A DNA stretch of 64,000 nucleotides. Origin: a virus. Below, in pieces: positions 62,130 to 64,000 of the stretch. The notes under the pieces are model-generated. The model saw nothing but the letters and a program-made list of their open reading frames with translations. It did not search any database and had not been told where the DNA came from. The first letter of the stretch is position 1, and every line of letters begins with the position of its first letter. The translations under genes and the position numbers were made by a program. The stretch is from IMG/VR virus record IMGVR_UViG_3300042323_000705, positions 1 through 64,000 of that record, one strand, 5' to 3'.

Positions 62130-63223
62130 TGGCAACTAAAATTCTTCTTAAAAAATCTAGTACAGCAGGTGCTGTGCCGCTAACAACCGATCTTGAAATT
62201 GGTGAAGTAGCACTTAACCTTGCTGACCGTAAACTTTATTCTAAAAACAATTCTAACATTGTAGTACCCATTGGTTCTGCTTATGTTGGTGGTACTGCTC
62301 CTACTGCTCCTGCTGAAGGTGACCTTTGGTACGATTCTGCTAACGATTTGTTAAAAGCTTACAACGGTACTGCTTGGGCAGCTGCAGGCTACACCTCTCT
62401 CACCCAGTTCGGTGTTAATGCTAGTGCTGCAGAGCTAAACATCCTTGACGGCGCTACCCTAACTACTACTGAGCTAAATTATGTAGACGGTGTTACCTCT
62501 GCTATTCAAACGCAGTTAGACGGCAAATCTTCTACCTCTCATAACCACACTGTTGACTCTCTTTCAAACGTCCTTGTTATTGACAACTCTGATAACGAAG
62601 TACTAGCTTGGGACTCTACAAGCTCTAAGTGGATTAACCAAACAGCAGCAGAAGCTGGTCTTGCCACTTCAACTCACAACCACACTCTAGACTCTCTTTC
62701 TAACGTTACGATCACATCAAATGCTAGTGGTGAGATCTTAAAGTGGAATGGTACTGCTTGGATTAACAACACTCTTGCAGAAGCAGGTATTCAACCAGCT
62801 GGCTCTTATTTAACTGCTGAAGTCGATACTCTTGCTACCGTAACAGGTCGTGGTGCAACCACTTCAACTGCTATTTCTATTGCTAATGCTACAAGTTCTA
62901 CTGGAACTACTAGTGGTGCTTTAACTGTAGCTGGTGGTGTAGGCATCGTAGAAAACCTTAACGTTGGTGGTAATGCTATTATCACAGGCAACTTGACTGT
63001 TAATGGTACAACTACTACTGTAAACTCAAACACTGTTAACATTGGCGACAACATCATTGTTCTTAACGCAGACGAAACAGGAGCAGCCAGTCAAAATGCT
63101 GGTTTTGAAGTAGAGCGTGGCACTGATACAAACGTACAGTTTATTTGGAATGAAGCTAACGATGCTTGGGACATGGGTGACTATCCACTACAAAACGTAA
63201 AGCTTGACGGCGGTACTTACTAA
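62129..63223 (+). CDS. fibre protein
   Basis: N-terminal I..K.S.....P...L..GE.A.N..D.KL, H.H..DSL.NV repeats, GNLTV.GTTT.VNS..., ends LDGGTY. Confidence 0.75.
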   Translation: MATKILLKKSSTAGAVPLTTDLEIGEVALNLADRKLYSKNNSNIVVPIGSAYVGGTAPTAPAEGDLWYDSANDLLKAYNGTAWAAAGYTSLTQFGVNASAAELNILDGATLTTTELNYVDGVTSAIQTQLDGKSSTSHNHTVDSLSNVLVIDNSDNEVLAWDSTSSKWINQTAAEAGLATSTHNHTLDSLSNVTITSNASGEILKWNGTAWINNTLAEAGIQPAGSYLTAEVDTLATVTGRGATTSTAISIANATSSTGTTSGALTVAGGVGIVENLNVGGNAIITGNLTVNGTTTTVNSNTVNIGDNIIVLNADETGAASQNAGFEVERGTDTNVQFIWNEANDAWDMGDYPLQNVKLDGGTY

Positions 63224-63245
63224 GACATAGAAAGGTCTCATCTAT

Positions 63246-64000
63246 ATGGCGACTAAAATTATTCACAAGAAGTCTAGCGTTGCTGAAAAAGTACCGCTAA
63301 CGACTGATCTTGAAGTTGGCGAGCTTGCTATCAACCTTGTCGACAAAAAACTATTCTCAAAAGATGGCAACGGTAACATCATCGAGTTCGGCTCTGTAGA
63401 AGTACAGCAGTTAACTGTATACAACGGTACTGGCGCTACAATTACTAAAGGCTCTGTTGTTTATATCAACGGAGCACAAGGACAAAGACCAAGTATTGCG
63501 CTTGCTAGCAACTCTTCTGAAGCTACTTCCAGCAAGACTATTGGTTTTGTTGTTGCAGACATTCTCAATGGAGCAGAAGGAACAGTAACCACAGAAGGTT
63601 TAGTTTACAACCTAAATACTCTTGGTTTAACTGAAGGGGGTCCTGTTTACTTAGGATCAACAGCAGGGTCTATTACTCAGACTAAGCCTGTTGCTCCTGC
63701 TCACTTAGTTTCTCTTGGTTGGGTAGTTAAGGCTAATGCTAGCTCAGGCCGTATTCTTGCTCATGTGCAGAATGGTTTTGAGTTAAATGAAATTCATGAT
63801 GTCCTTATCTCTAGCCCTACTAATGGCCAAGTTTTAGCTTATGAAACTTCTTCAGGTCTTTGGAAGAATACCACAAGTCAAAGTACTGCAAGCTCATATG
63901 CAACTGGAAAAGTAACGCTATCAACAACTACTGCAGATCAAATTATAGATAGCTTTTTAGTTACAGCAGTAAAAACTACAAAATATTATGTAGAAGCAAC
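63246..64000 (+). CDS. fibre protein, truncated by window end
   Basis: Read by eye: MATKIIHKKSSVAEKVPLTTDLEVGELAINL... open to the end; N-terminus paralogous to 62129. Confidence 0.8.
   Translation, partial: MATKIIHKKSSVAEKVPLTTDLEVGELAINLVDKKLFSKDGNGNIIEFGSVEVQQLTVYNGTGATITKGSVVYINGAQGQRPSIALASNSSEATSSKTIGFVVADILNGAEGTVTTEGLVYNLNTLGLTEGGPVYLGSTAGSITQTKPVAPAHLVSLGWVVKANASSGRILAHVQNGFELNEIHDVLISSPTNGQVLAYETSSGLWKNTTSQSTASSYATGKVTLSTTTADQIIDSFLVTAVKTTKYYVEA

Noticed and set aside
1-64000. CRISPR array, diversity-generating retroelement, integrase or transposase
   Set aside because: No regularly spaced repeats, reverse transcriptase motifs, recombinase or transposase ORFs were seen

Overview
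The window is most of an AT-rich lytic siphovirus-type phage genome, apparently circularly permuted: the portal and fibre genes at the right end would precede the scaffold and capsid genes at the left end. The + strand at 0.1-18.9 kb carries head, tail, tape-measure, tail-tip and lysis genes. The - strand at 18.9-58.1 kb carries early and middle genes: an amidoligase/ATP-grasp/glutamine-amidotransferase cluster, class Ia ribonucleotide reductase, a T7-like primase-helicase, exonuclease, PolA, SSB, a compact T7-like single-subunit RNA polymerase, two tRNA or tRNA-like genes flanking an HNH endonuclease, and many small accessory ORFs. Both terminase genes sit as isolated + strand islands inside this - strand region. 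PhoH, portal and modular fibre genes follow at 58.1-64 kb. DUF1127 and HU/IHF-like genes suggest an alphaproteobacterial host (inference). Notable signals read directly from the sequence: (1) a 23-bp repeated promoter-like motif, CACCTCTT(A/T)RCKHTAAAGMAGAR, in five copies; (2) one orphan copy followed by a G-U-rich hairpin, direct repeats and a G5-TA-G5 tract, a candidate ncRNA or RNA-primed origin; (3) a 92-nt tRNA-like RNA with a UAU anticodon and non-canonical cloverleaf; (4) a PolA with a Glu-to-Gln steric gate and a partner Tyr-to-Phe change; (5) a GIY-YIG gene that appears to need an AUU start; (6) a -1 frameshift in the tail chaperone. All protein calls come from motif recognition by eye; no searches were run.
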